Origin: a virus
Lineage: Duplodnaviria; Caudoviricetes
DNA length: 64,000 bases
Direction: 5' to 3' (one strand)
Virus record (IMG/VR): IMGVR_UViG_3300028048_000063
Coordinates: 32,001 to 96,000 of that record
The notes beneath the pieces are model-generated. The model made no database searches and was not told the DNA's origin. It worked only from the letters and a program-made list of their open reading frames with translations. How positions within the stretch are numbered: position 1 is the first letter of the stretch; each line of letters starts with the position of its first letter. This document shows positions 20,301 through 33,600 of this stretch, one piece after another. A program made the position numbers and the translations under genes.

Positions 20301-21499
20301 TGTCCATATACAGAATCATATGTCTTAATATATGTACGTGTACCGCCAGACATTATAGCTATAGGAGCTGTACCAGATACTTCGATATATTTCCCTTGTA
20401 ATACTACAGGAGCATTGTCAATACCTTCTGGTAAATAGATTTCACCATTTGCATCATCATCACTGCTAGCTATTTGTATACGGTTTGGTGTAGTTCCCAT
20501 AATTTTACCTGAAGATAGCGTCATATCAAGCCACTCTGGGTTTACATCACTATATATAATAGATTTTGCATCAATATGCTCATCGTCAGATATGGAGTTA
20601 CCCTGATATAAAGTAATTTCCCACTTATAAGTACTATTGTTAGAATCTAATAATACTATATTATTATTAGAAATATCTTTCCATGTACCACCTGTCGAAC
20701 TTTTAATATATATAATATGATTAGATCCATCTTGTGTAATTTGATATGTATAATTATGTAGAGTTTTGCCTTTAGTTAATGTGATTTGCTTTTCCATTGT
20801 AGGTACATTAATCTTAACAAGTTTAGTGGTCATGTCTACTGTTGTGGAATTTAGATGACCAGTAACTTCATATAGACCAGAAATATCAACATTGGCATTA
20901 TTAATTTCTTTACTACCAAGTACGAGAACAACCTCTCCAATCAAAATGGATTCACTATCAAGCATAATATTATTAGCTTTAATGTCTTCTGCACTTGCAT
21001 CTGGCCAACTGTATGTCAATGTTTCTGTAGTGGTATCATAATCCCAATATTGTATGTCGTCCATCTTTGTATCAAGACCTGTTTCCGTTTCTGAAGCAAT
21101 CACATGATCTGCTAAATATTTTGGTTGATAATAAACTGCGTTGTAAGAACTTAACACTTTATTATCTGCACTTTGGAAAAATGGTATTCTTAAAGTTGTA
21201 CCATTTAATCCAGAGTTTATAGTTAATTTTTCTGAATCGTACCCCAACGATGAAATTTTTAGCTCATCAACTGGACTAATATATCCTTCTATAGCTTCGC
21301 CATTTTCATCAACAGGGAATACTTGTTTATTGTCACTAGATAAAATCCTAATTTTATATCCAGTAATTTCCGTATTTGAGCTATCTATTTGACAAGTTAG
21401 AAATTGAACTGGTTGTGACGTATAATCTTTATATTGTGCAGTTCTAATATCTATACTATTCAAAAATGGGTAGCATAATGTTGCTTTATATACTGCCAT
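17342..21499 (-). CDS. Large distal tail/baseplate protein (1385 aa)
   Basis: First gene after the TMP; beta-rich with FN3-like segments; C-terminal PKLLRDIKGRSWIV. Confidence 0.65.
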   Translation of the reverse strand: MAVYKATLCYPFLNSIDIRTAQYKDYTSQPVQFLTCQIDSSNTEITGYKIRILSSDNKQVFPVDENGEAIEGYISPVDELKISSLGYDSEKLTINSGLNGTTLRIPFFQSADNKVLSSYNAVYYQPKYLADHVIASETETGLDTKMDDIQYWDYDTTTETLTYSWPDASAEDIKANNIMLDSESILIGEVVLVLGSKEINNANVDISGLYEVTGHLNSTTVDMTTKLVKINVPTMEKQITLTKGKTLHNYTYQITQDGSNHIIYIKSSTGGTWKDISNNNIVLLDSNNSTYKWEITLYQGNSISDDEHIDAKSIIYSDVNPEWLDMTLSSGKIMGTTPNRIQIASSDDDANGEIYLPEGIDNAPVVLQGKYIEVSGTAPIAIMSGGTRTYIKTYDSVYGHVYPREDTLTTADINPTNAKYCQFFKYSSNPNEILDTDIVNFCFNENVDFTGYTIETTGTQEEERLLNQKWKAWTIDASDKTVSVTNRYITIDITNINNQSYVNLINDGDLILLAKQNRKYENGVYQINAITVQSETPGVSDPETKWCLKRVNGYNQWANYLGKVIYCQNGTNDSRNMNMQSLASAGGTLWDINNTTSGTSLLYFTQEKPALLFPQKLTKTFNLYDNNSTSGDTHDNLVVDGKTIRVGDTILYQDKKYGTVDTVSNNTYTLKNITSIENGYYYILDGDQYKEDVLKVSDNSIVESWDLHTAVVLYNTSTKTFISPWKTLQNNMKLALLNNKTVQYTTEGDPTDPTRWITIKSFNDKIFYITHNELASPLTLASYKKDDDTIPWTYDIRSFFKTSDENPFYSYQTPYITLKKNNESYSDLRIVGGSFYFYVRPQYTDPASLEFLVYDQEGGTKNLLTVDYKAQAIVTGRSVKLQGVYNGLGQSAWESYQWILYDEDGNIVQDTGKRYDKDMGVVFFGLSNDLAEDVIYRAVLLVENNFGDIITYELILEINPGVISSFIHEGGEFTVTYDCSTHSNIVHYKESKFTKEDEDNIYLYSIYRREYDVYQNPGHQIECYYNPEDGLCYMNKTSGPIYHYDTPVPLNQSYVYIDKDTTHTYQFNPPQVGDVSTGGYTDGTFTLTEAFRTYKGQWQPVLISDNRQWFRDFNIANDRSYQYIIYPTTSKTLEYGLDTTEQTYANFEGQIWRTKDNFRIVQDNTYAGYLAPGNEDTSVGTGAPVHEHWECWSIAELIPEEIDIDAPIIKKQYKVDNNNIWLFKYNLETGSQTQNISKEEFATLGRFSKFGFGNKNYESGSVSALIGSELILSSKVAYTERLGKSRIIPLSSNEKAKMLEQWYDFCYSKNPKLLRDIKGRSWIVQLISNSTTPQNFIYKTPDTVSFEWRQVDTVDNIIIYGDYTDNDSKIKANIGLPEWSSPYHK

Positions 21500-21530
21500 A
21501 TTTTTTCCTCCTTTTTATATTTTTTTTAAA

Positions 21531-21658
21531 TATTTAAGATGAAAAAATTGTAATATTAATATTCTCATCTTAAATAAAAATATTACAATATATTTACACT
21601 ACAATATTCTTATTTAAGATAAGAATATTTTATTACCAAAGGGCATGAAGCCCTTTGG
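21531..21658. repeat. Cluster of inverted repeats between the TMP and baseplate genes
   Basis: Interleaved pairs 21531-42/21565-76 and 21547-57/21579-89; hairpins at 21603-21629 and CCAAAGGGC-N5-GCCCTTTGG at 21636-21658. Confidence 0.75.
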
Positions 21659-21674
21659 ATTTTTCGTTCATTAT

Positions 21675-24600
21675 TTATGATCTACGCATATTTTTTGTTA
21701 AATTTGCTCTAGTCTTAATTGAATCAACAAACGCCTCAGCATCGAAAGATCCGTCAGCAGTTACGTTCATTGTAAGTGAATTAATATTAAATGATTCATC
21801 TACAACATCAGCTTGACTTGAGCCAATATGATCTGGCATAATTGATGGTCCAATGAGACGTAAAATTGCAGGAGCAACTTCGCCAAGAGCCCACAAATTC
21901 TTAGTAATATCAGCAGGAACTATACCTGTACGAGATGGCAAAGCTGTTATGGTACCAGAAGGAGTAATAATCGCTTCTGTACCAAGCTCATTAATTAATG
22001 ATGTTTGAATTCCATTAATTCCTAATGTTCCATATTTGTGTTCTTTAGCTGTATCTGAATGAACTAATCCGCCAGAAACCCAGTCAGTACCAACATTTTT
22101 TGCAACCTTGAGAGCAGTGTAAGAACCATCAGAATTTACTAATACATATTCATGACCACCAAGCATACCCCCAATAATCAGTTGTTGACCAGATGTTAAA
22201 GATACGTCTTGAGATAATTGCTTAAATAATTTTTCTGGGGTTCTGAGGTTCTTATAATCTTTCCACATATTGCGTCCTTTATAACCAGCAACCTCTTTTA
22301 AGTTATAATGGTTGACTGTCCCGTCTGCATTTAAAACAAAGGCAATTGCATTTTCCTCTGTTTGGAACCCATTTCCACCAGACCAAGCATCAGCACCACC
22401 ACCATGATCTTGAAAAATATCTTGGACAATCCAATTTGCAATACTTGTTGCTTCATTTTGCTCTGAATCGTAAAGTGTACGAACCCAATCCCCTTTATCT
22501 CCTAAATTATAAACAGTTGCATCATATTTTTCTAATCCAGTAGTTTGCGTTTTAGCACTACCTGCATTAATTACAGAAGCTTTCTCTCCTGGCTGTTTTC
22601 CAAAAGTAGATGTTAATCCTTCTGTTTCACTGTAAGAAATGTTGCTATATTGATCTTTATTTCCTTGATATTGATTTATAGCCGCAGCTTGGATTTGATT
22701 CATTGTTCCACCTAAAGATTCTGCCTTTTTTGCTTGTTTTTGATATTTCAACAATGCATCAGCAGTGCCAGTGTTTTCATACTCTAAAAGTAATTTTGCA
22801 GCCTCGTCAACTGCTTTGTTAGCTTGTTCTTCTTGTGTACCGAATTTATCTTCGAGCATATCTGATAGCTTTTTTACAGAACCTTGTGTTGCAGCTGATG
22901 CGCTAGCAAGTCCTGTCATATTGTTTTGGAAGCCACCTTCACCAGATTTAAGTATATATTCTTCAAAAGCTTCGCTTTCTTTACGTTGTAACTCTAAAGT
23001 TTGCTCTGCGTACATATTATCCCACTGATCTTTAATTGTTTGTAAAATATTGGTTTGCTGTTCAAGCATTGAGATTTGCTTATTTTGTTGTACATTTTCT
23101 AGATCTTCTTGAGCTTTAGCGATAGCGCCTTGGTCGGCTTCATATACGAAACCAACACCCGCTCTATACACACGTTGTTTTTCATTAAGAGCATTGTCTA
23201 GTCGTAATTGTGCTTCTATTAATTGATTTTGATATTCTCTTTGTTTATTTATTTCTTGTAAAGCTGATTTTTGAGCTTCTAAGTTAGACAATTGTTTTTC
23301 TAATTCTTTACTCTGTGTCTCTGCATATCTTTGTAAAAATTCTTTGTAGGCATCAGAAACAATATTATACTCATCACCAACTTCTTTAATAATTTGTTTA
23401 AGCTCTGTGACTCCAGATACACTTTCATCATATCCTAAGACTCTGTCCCACAATTTTTGTAAATTTTCTGCACCAATTGTTTCTATTAAATCTTCAATAT
23501 CTTGTGCTTTCTTAGCATCTGTTTCTCTTATTTTATTAATGCCAGACTTAATAGTGGCGTACCCTACATCGTCCTTAGTCTTTAATTCTTCATAGAAAGC
23601 GCTGGAATTCATAAGTTCACTAAATTGAGAATTGAATCCAGCCTCAATTAAACCACCAATCTTTTTCATAATTTGTTCCATTAATCGAGGAGTATCTGAC
23701 ATGTATGCGATAAGCTCTGGATATTTAGATACCAATTCACTCATCCATTTAGTAGCAGACTTTGTACTATCTGCAATTTCAGACATTAAAGAACCGTATT
23801 CTTCAATAGAAGTTACGTCTTCTGTTGTTGATTGTAAAATTTCAGATAATTTTAGCATTCCTTGAGAACTTTCCATGCTCGCAAGTTCGTCAACAGACAC
23901 ACCTAACGCATTTGCAAAGTTTTGTAAACGACGTTGTACATATTCGTCTGCTGCGTCTTGACGTAATGTTTCAGACAACGTATATGCTTTACCAGAAAGG
24001 ACTTTTTCAAAACCTTCGTCTGCTGCAGAAAGCTCAGACTCAATCATCTGTTTAGCATATTCTGTAACATCCCCGGCTGGATTATCTTTATCTGTAAACG
24101 TATAATATCCTTGTAAAGCACCACTTTCTAATAATTGATCAGCGACTAATTTAATAATAGTAGAGGCTCCAATATTCTTTTTTTGTTCATCAGATAATTC
24201 ATCTATAAAAGATCCAACTCCCGCTAAACGTTCTTCTTCTGTAGCTAATCTCCATTGATTTGTTTGTGAGTCTTTAATAAATTGAGCTTGTGCTATTGCT
24301 TCTCTTGTTCTTTCTTTATTAGTAGTTTTAATATTTTGTAATATCATAGAAGTTGTATCAGATATTACTGAAAGCATTTCATCAACGCTAGTTAGACGAG
24401 CCTCTGCCCCTTCTACTTTATTATCAATATCTTGTAATATTTGATTACGTTCGTTTCTAAGATCTTCTTCTTTTTCAAAAACATTTTTAGCATTCCATTC
24501 TTGGAATTCCTCTTCTTGTTTTTTAGCAATAGCTGCTTCTGTCTCTTTAGTTCCGATAGCTGCGCTACCAACAGTACTTAAGACAGCACCGCCAGCTAAA

Positions 24601-27600
24601 AGACCTGCCCCAAGCAATGCGCCGACACCCGTCGCCATTAAAGCTGTGCCTACTGCCATCATAGCCGCACCACCTACAGTAGCTGCTACTGTGCCTCCGT
24701 GGTTTTTACCACTTAAAGCATCTGCTTTACCTTCGTTGGAAAGTCCTGTAGCAGAGTCATATCCTTTTTGACCTTTTCTATATGCAAGATACTTATTTTT
24801 ACTTATATCAGTATTTTGTTGCTTGTATAATGCGGCTTCCCTTGCTTTAGCATTCGCTTCATTTTCTGTTTGTAATTGTGCTATTTTTAGCCTTCTAGCA
24901 GCATCTTTTCTCTCTTTTTCGTTACCGTTTTCATATTTATCTAATAAAGAATATACTGTTTCTCCTCCTAACTTTTGTTGTATTTTAAGACGAGCTTCTT
25001 GATTATCTTCATTATATAATGTTGATGTAATTGCTTCTATGGCTTCTCTCATTTTTTCTGAACTAAAGTTATCGTTAGAAGCAATATCAGATAATGTATT
25101 AACGCTACCTGAAATATCTTTCATAGCTGAAACAATTTTAGATGATTTTTCGGCTAATGTATCCATGCTGTCTTTGACGCGATCAATAGATGCCATTACT
25201 TTTTGAGCATGGGCTTCGCCAATAATCTGGCCCACAACAGGAACTAAAGTTGTCCATGCTTGAGCGATTTTACCACCTTGCTTACGTGCTGCTTCACTAG
25301 ATTGTACATCCTTCCCTTCTGCGTTTTTATGTGTCTGTCCAATCATTTGATATGCTGTCCATCCAGCCATAACTTGATTAAGAGCAATAGATGCGCCAGC
25401 TACAGCTGCACCTGCAGCAGCACCGCCACCACCAGCTTTAGCTACGCCTTTAGAGAAATTGGCTGATACTTTACCACGGAAGGTATTTGGAGATAATGCT
25501 TTTGAAGCTTTACCTGGTCCAATAGATCCAACAGATGCTGGCTGTTGCATATTCCAAATTTGGCTAGCTTTTTTAAGATCTCTATTTTTTAATAATGCTC
25601 CCCATGCACGAATTTTTCTAGTACGATATAATTGATTCTCTTTTGCAGTATTAGCATATTGTGTATTATAACGATCAATATCTGTCGCTGTTAAATTAGA
25701 CAAATCACCTTTTTCTTTTGCTGCTAATGTATCATTAAATTTAGATTGATAATATGCTTTAGCATGATCAGAAGGTGTACCTTTTTCTAAATCAGAATAA
25801 TATTGCAATTTAGAATCAAATACGCTATTAACAAGAGTGTTGTTTTTAGCACCAGTGCCCATATTTAATCCGGTTGAAACTACAGCGCCTGTATTATTAA
25901 CATTGTTAGCTTGCCCACCTGTGCCTAGGAAACCTCGAATACGTTGTTGTAATTTTTGACGCATTGTTAACGTATTATTCGATCCGCCACTTGTTAAACG
26001 TTTGGCTAAGACACCAGCTTCTCCTCTTAAGAACATTCTCATCTTGCTACCAAAATTTAAACCTTGAGGAAGATCTGATATTCTACCAAAAACATCTTTT
26101 CCTAAAATTTTATTTAATCCTTTAGCGATAAATGATTTGCCAGATAATGCTCTGAAGTTTTGTATAGTAAAGAAGATATTAACTAAATGCTTAATTAATT
26201 TTGGTAATAACTCGACAAGTTTAGTGCCAAATTTTACTATTTTTGTTAATAATTCATTGACCTCAGATCTGTTCATGAAGTCTTGCAATGCCGCGGTAAA
26301 TGAGTTTTTAGCTGCTTCAAAAGATTCTTGGTATGCATTACCATACTTCTTTTCAGCAGTACCTTTAGAATTTTCTGAAACTTCTAATAAATCTTCATAT
26401 TTATCCCAGTTTTGTAATAATGTTACGAAAGCTTCTTGTTGTCTAATACCAGCAAAAGCGGTAGCAACGGCTTTTTGAGAAACTCTATCTAGGGTTCCCC
26501 ATTTTTCTGCAATCTCACCTAAAACTTCGTCGAAATCTTTAAATTCAAGGTTACTCTTTCTAATAGAGATACCGAGTTTATTTAAAACTCTTTCAACATC
26601 GTTGATATTTACACTTTCATCTGAAGATTCAGAATCGACATTTAATTTACCATAAGCACCAGCTTTAACATTACCATAACGTGAAATAATAGTTTTTAAA
26701 GCCTGACCAGCACTTGATCCTGACATCTGTGTTACGTCAGAAATTGTTGCTACATATGCAGCAGCTTGGTCGATGTTTACACCTGCCAAACTACCTAAGT
26801 TAGCAAATTGTGCTAAACCTTGTGCAATTTCACCAGCAGATGTTGCTGCCTTCATATCAATAGCTGTTAATTTATCAACAACATCCATTGATTCAGAAGC
26901 TTGTAACTTGAACCCCTTCAACGCACTTGTTAAGCTTTGTGTTGCTGTAGAAGCATCCATCATACCTAACTTGCTTAAATACATTGAGGATTTAACAAGA
27001 TCAAGAACTTCTGCAGTCTCATAACCCTGTCTCAACCATTCTACAGCACTACTTGCAACTTCTGTTGTTGTTGCCCCTATAGCTTTACCAAGGTTTGCAT
27101 ACTCTGTAATTAAAGCTCTCGTACTTGTTTTACTATCACCAGTAACGATTCGCAAATTTGCCATAACTTTATCAAGAGCTATAGCTTGAGCGATTAACTT
27201 AGATATACTTTGTATTAATCTCCTTAAAACCATATGGAGACCATAGCCTTTGGCTAATCCAGCTACAGTTGCGCCGATTTTGCCTTCAAAACGATCAATG
27301 ACACCAGGTTTATTATTTAAGACTTTTAGTCTTTCACTATATAACAACCTAGCTTTATCTTCTTCTAAAGCATTTTGATCGTCTTTGCCTTCATGCTTAG
27401 ATTGTAATTCATAATTTTGTTTTTCTTGCTCTGCAACTTCAAGACGAGCTTGTAATTCTTCACGTTCGATTTGTAATAATCTTCTCTGTGTAGGATCTGT
27501 CGTTCTATTATAACTTTCAGTATTTTTATCTAAATTAAATAATGCTTCATAATATCCACCGTATGCCTTGAAAGCTGCTGATTGACGCTGTGTTTTTCCT

Positions 27601-30600
27601 TGTGCTATACCTAATTTAGTAAGTCCTTCTGCTGTTTGATCAACATATGCAGCATTTGGGGCACTCTTTTGAATATTATCGAGAATATTTTGTAATCTAG
27701 TTTTTTCTGCTTGTGTTAAACCTTTCTTAGTAGCTAAAACTTTTTGAATATTCTTTTGATAGCTATCGATATAGTTATTGATTTCTGTGTCTAGTGTATT
27801 CTTTATATTATTTAACTCTAACTCTAGTCTACTTCTCTCTTCTGGGCCTAGTATAGCATTCTCATCATTTAATTGTTTATCAATAATAGCATATCGTTGC
27901 TCAAGACTTGATTTTTGACTGTATAGTTCTTGTAAATCACTTAAGTTATCATATACACCCTGTTTCTTTTGTAATGCTTGGATAGTTTTTAATTTTTGTT
28001 TATATGTTTTAAAACTAGTAGTATCTCCACCGAGCGACTTATCTCCATATATAGCTTCTTCTCTGTCTATTATAACTTGATTTAAAGCAATTGCATCAGA
28101 TAGCGCTGTGATTTGTTCATCTATCTCACTAGTATCACGCCCATTCTTAGCTAAGCCTGTTTGTTTAATTTTTAATTCGTCTAACGCTTTTTGATATTTT
28201 ATATTTTCTTTTTGCGCTTTAAACCACTTATTTAGGCCGAATGTTCCTTGTCTGTGTTGTTGCTTCCAGTCATTATCTGTTGAGCTATTTATTACAGTAT
28301 TAAATCGTTGTTTAAACGTATCAAAGTCGTCAGTCATTAAAGAATGAACCAAAATTCCTGCATCTTTATCGCTTAAACCTATTTCTGTAAAACTCTTAAT
28401 CATATCTTGCTGTGAAGCAAATTTCCCCGCTCTAACGATACCTAAAGCTTCTAAAATACCATTAGTACCTTTGTTAGTGAAGAAATTATCACGCAACTGT
28501 GTTAACTCTGTTTGTTCCTCTGGGGTGATTGTATGATCCGCTTTTTTATCTTCTAAAGCGTTCATTCTTAATGCATCGTTTCTGTATTTCACCATAGCTT
28601 TATGGGCCGCTAATTGCTGAGCTTTTAATTGCGTTGTGGTACCGCTTCCTTGTGATGATACAGATGTAATATATTGTTGAACGTGTTGTAATGCTTGGAT
28701 TTGTTCTGCTTCGTCTTTATAAATAGCACTACTAGGATTTTTACGCATTCTGGCGAATATCTCTTGAACGAAAGGATCTTGAATGGCTCTCTTAAGATCT
28801 ACACGACTAGCTTCTGTAATACCAGTCATTGCACCTTTATTTAAGAATATTTCAATATCGTCTGCCAATCCAGCCATTGTTAAAATTTCTTGTACTGTCT
28901 TAGCATCTCCACCATTTAATGTATATAACGCTTCCCAGATATCGGCACCTTTACCAACTGATTTTCCATCAGTATAACCTCTGAAGCTACCTTTTGCGCC
29001 AAAAAGCGAGTCAAGAAGTTTTTGGTTCTTTTGAGTAATATGTCCTTTACCTGTCCTGGTATCAGTTCGAATTTTACGTAAAACAGATTTTTCTTGATTT
29101 GTTAATGTTTCTTCTAAGATACCTTGCAATCCAGTAGCCATAGAAGCATAGAACATTGTTTGTAAAATATTAGTTCCGGTCGGAGCCCCGGCTTTATTGG
29201 CAGTTTTAATATCCCCAATACTCCAAATTAATCTACCAGTTTGCTCAGCTTTAACCTGCGTTTGTAATTTATCTAAAACTTGTTTTTCATCTTTAGATAA
29301 TTTACTCTTATCTACACTAGCTAACGCTTTTTCTAAATTATCTCTTGATAAATTTTCAGTATCGCCAGGTACCCACTGATAAGCAGCAGCTTCTGCCGCC
29401 AATGATTGCCAATATGTTGAGCCAACATCTCGTCTCCCCCAACCAAAAATAGAATTATCAATACGGCCATAGCCTCTACCATAATCTGTTAAAGCCCCTA
29501 TCAGTCCAACTTCAGAACTAAACTTAGCATTTTTCAATGCCTTAGCGTCAATTGTTGTCCTACCTCCTTGGGTTTTAGTTAAACCAAGAGCTCTAATAGT
29601 ATTCACGGCTAATGATAAACCTAATTTTTTAAGATCATTTTCTGCATCTAAAAGATCAGAAGCCACACCAGTTGGATTATATCTCCTCATGACGTCAAAA
29701 TATTTTTTTATTTGTACGCCAGCACCACCATGGTCTTCTTTATCTTTTTGATTGGGTTTTTTATTCCACTTTGTGTTTAAAGTGGTACCAATCTTTTCAT
29801 TTAATTTCGTAACTTCATCATCCGTAATTGTATCAAAAAGACCTTTACTAAATATATCCATTAATTCAGCTGGACTTTCTAAAAGATCTTGTGCAATTTT
29901 ATGAGCAATATTACCTTTTTCAATAATTCTAAATGTATTTAAATATTGCTTTTGTGCTTCTAATGAACCAAAATCTAAATTTTTATCAACAATATCTCTG
30001 GTTTGTGCTTCATAATCGTAATGATTTTTGTTGTAATAATATGGTAATGTATTACCTAAAATACGAGTAGGGGTTAAAGCGCTCTTATCAAAATCGAAAC
30101 TCCCACCTTTAGCAGCAAAACCTTTATATGCTGCCATGGTATTTAATCCCATACTTCTACGATTAAATAATTGTTCAGTAGCTTGTTTATTTATTTCGTT
30201 TAATTCTAATTCTTGCTGTTTAAGACTTACGGAATCTAAATAGTCTTGTGTAAACCAGAACGTTTTACCATCGTCTGATATGATCGCCCCATTAGCAATC
30301 ATCTTTTGAATTTGCTCGTCAGTAAATCGACCATTTGGTCCAGCTGCTTTACCAACATTAAAAAACGTATTTTCTGAAGCTTTATAAATTGTAGCAGCTT
30401 TTGGTAAAATAGCACGCTTGTTAGCCCATATGTCGGTTAAAGATGCGGCCTTAATTGTTTTACCATTTTCACCTAAAATAGATATTGGATTTTTCTTTAA
30501 TGCACTATTTAAATAATCTACAGCATTGCCTATACTGTTTTCTGTTATTTTAATATTACTTAAAGCTTTTTCTGCTTTCTTTGGATCTATAAATTCATGT

Positions 30601-33600
30601 TGATCATTCATCTTTAGATCAGGCAATATACTCTTTAATGTATTACCATCTAACCCAAAAATGCTACCTAAACCGTTTAAATACCCTGTCTGATCTTGAA
30701 ATTTTTCGGCCAATAATAACATTTCAGCAATTGGCAAAATTCCCAATCTGGTTTGAGCTTGATCGTCCCCGAATAATCCTAATCTACCGCTTTTAAAAAT
30801 CCCAGCTTTTTGTGCTTTTTTAATAATGTTCTTAACTTTTGCACCGCTATCCCATGTGTTTTTATCATTGATTGCGGCGTATAAATCTGATAACTGACTT
30901 TCGAATCCAATTGCTTCATCTGCTGACATCTTTTTTGCAGATATACTCGCTTGTTCAAATATACTTAAAAAATGCCCTAATAAGTTTGATGCCGCAGAGA
31001 ACTTACTTTCTTCTGCCGTGCCCCATGACGATGACTTATCATGCATAGCATTCATGAATCCTTGACGAACATTACTAAACATACCAACATATGCCTTACC
31101 AGTCTTAGTTAAAATAACATCTCGTGCCTGGTCTTCTTCTGATGGGAATAAGTCCTCTAATGTTTTTTTATCTGGTGTCTTAGGACGTCCTTCGTTAAAT
31201 AAACGTTCGTATGCAGTCAATCTTGCTACAGTATCTTGCATAGCTTTTACTTTATCAAGCTGACCCGCACCAACAAGTGCACCAACAAGTGTGTCTCCAT
31301 CAAAGTCTGCGTTTAATAATCTAATTAAAGATTCATCACCGCCTACTATACTATGTTTTTCTTTACCCCATAAAGGGTTAACTAACAATTTTGCAGCTAA
31401 AACGTCTTTATCACCTAATAAACTTGGATATCTATTAAGCAAAACAGCTAAACCTCTAGATAAACTTTGGTCTGTACCTTTACCAAGAGTTATGCTATCA
31501 ATAATTTTATTTTTTAGCCAGCCTTGTTGAGATCTTACTAATCGTTTGTCAAATCCTTCTTTATCCTTATTTTCTTCTACAAATTTTTGTAATCCTGTGT
31601 CCATTTGGGCTTGTACTTCTTCTTTTGTTAAACCCATAATGTCCATATAGTAAGCCATTAATTGATCTGACCATCCTTCAACTTCACCTTCTGCTGGACT
31701 AAGAAGTTGATTCATCATATGTCTGGAGACAACTATAGCATTCTTTGTATATGCCTGTAAATTTGCATTTACATCTATAGGAACGCCAGCTTGTTGTGCT
31801 TGCGCTTGTCTCTGCATTATCTTATCATAATCAATTGTTGCAAAGTCAATAACTTTTCCTTGGAAGGAATGTCCTAAAGCAACTTTAGTAGCTTGGTCAT
31901 ATGTAGAAGAATCTTTTAATGTCAATTGTTCTAATTCTTTATCACGAAGTTCTTGAACTTTTTCTGCTGCTTTTGTTGCTATTTCTTTTCTATTTGTTCC
32001 AGCTACGCCGTTATTTTTAAGGTCAGCAACAAAATTATTAATAAAACTATAAATTCCAGGACCTGTTGCACCCAAATTAACTACGTCACCAACAGCATCT
32101 TTCCTAATATCGAAATCAAATGCTGGCAACAATAAGAAGTCATTTGCTATGGCTGTCTCATTATTTGGGAACATCATATTATCCCCGGCTTTAACTGCTA
32201 CAGGAATATATTTTGCGCCAGCTTGCATTTCAGCAATCTTTATTAATTGCTCTTTTGTATATTTATTATTTCCATAAGTATCTGTCTTTTCTAGATCAGC
32301 AACTTTTTGGTCAATATAAGCTTGCCCACCAGCTCGTTCTATCAATTCTTGTCGCTCTACGTCAGATAAATTTAAGAATGCTTCTTCTTGTTTTTTTCTA
32401 ATATCGTATAATAATGTTCCTGTAATTTTGTCTAACTTTGGTAATTTAGAATCTTGCGATTGTATTTCTTCACTATATACACCGTTTTTAATATCTTGTG
32501 CTAATTTAGTTATGTTTATATTCTTTAAAAATTCATCATTAATATCGTAAATAATTCCATGTCTGGCTCTAATACTACTTTCATTTGTGTCAATATCTTC
32601 TGCCATTTCTTGGATCATATTATGATATTCAAGCATTCCATCATATCTTTTACGGGATATCTCTGTGTCTCTAGATTTATCTCTGTAATACTTTCTCAAA
32701 TCACCCATATCTACATCAGATAATTGTTCTGTGAGATTAATCAAAGACATTAAGGAATTAAATTCACGATATCCATATCTAACAGGCATACCACCTTTAG
32801 ATAAAGGCATACCATATTTTTTACCAGCGTGTCCCATTAACATATATGAAAGGAATGCGTCGTCTGCATTTTCAATTCCAATAGTATTTTGGAGACCACT
32901 GTTAATAATATTAAACCATTGTTCAGGATTTAATGATATTGGTTTATCATTTTGTGTATATTTATAAGCAGAAGTACCGTTATAGGCTGTAGAAAAAGCC
33001 TCCATAAAAGCTGGGAAATATTTTTTAAATACTCCTCTAGCTGCAATTGCTTCTGGGCCAGACTGTTCAACGACTGTACCGTTTCCTACTTTATATAATG
33101 CATCCCAAGCATCTTGTAGTGCAGTTGATCCTTTGACAGTCAATCTTCGTTTAATTTCGTTAATAAAACCAGCAGGAGTTCTGTCTGAAGCAATAAATTC
33201 ACCCTTATCATTCTTTTCGGTGAGCATACGGCCATAAGCATCCCACATAGCTCCGATTGCAGAGTTGACTACATTTTTACTTTCTACGGCTTCTTTGTCT
33301 ATAATACCAGTAATGCTTTTGTTCATGTAAAAATCATCACTATGCCCACGAACTCGTGCAAGATATGGTAGTAATTCATTTAAATTAATAGAAGTACCTG
33401 TAGCACGTACTGTTGTACCTGGGGCAACATATTTCATACTTTGAGCACTATGTTTCCCATTATATCCTTGTAAAATACCAAAACTTGTGACACCAGAATC
33501 TTTATCAATATTACCAGCCAGCCAATCATTAACAAATGCGTCAATTTGATCCTCATATCTTTTCTTTTTAGTATTATATGTTGGTCTACCCAAACCGCTA

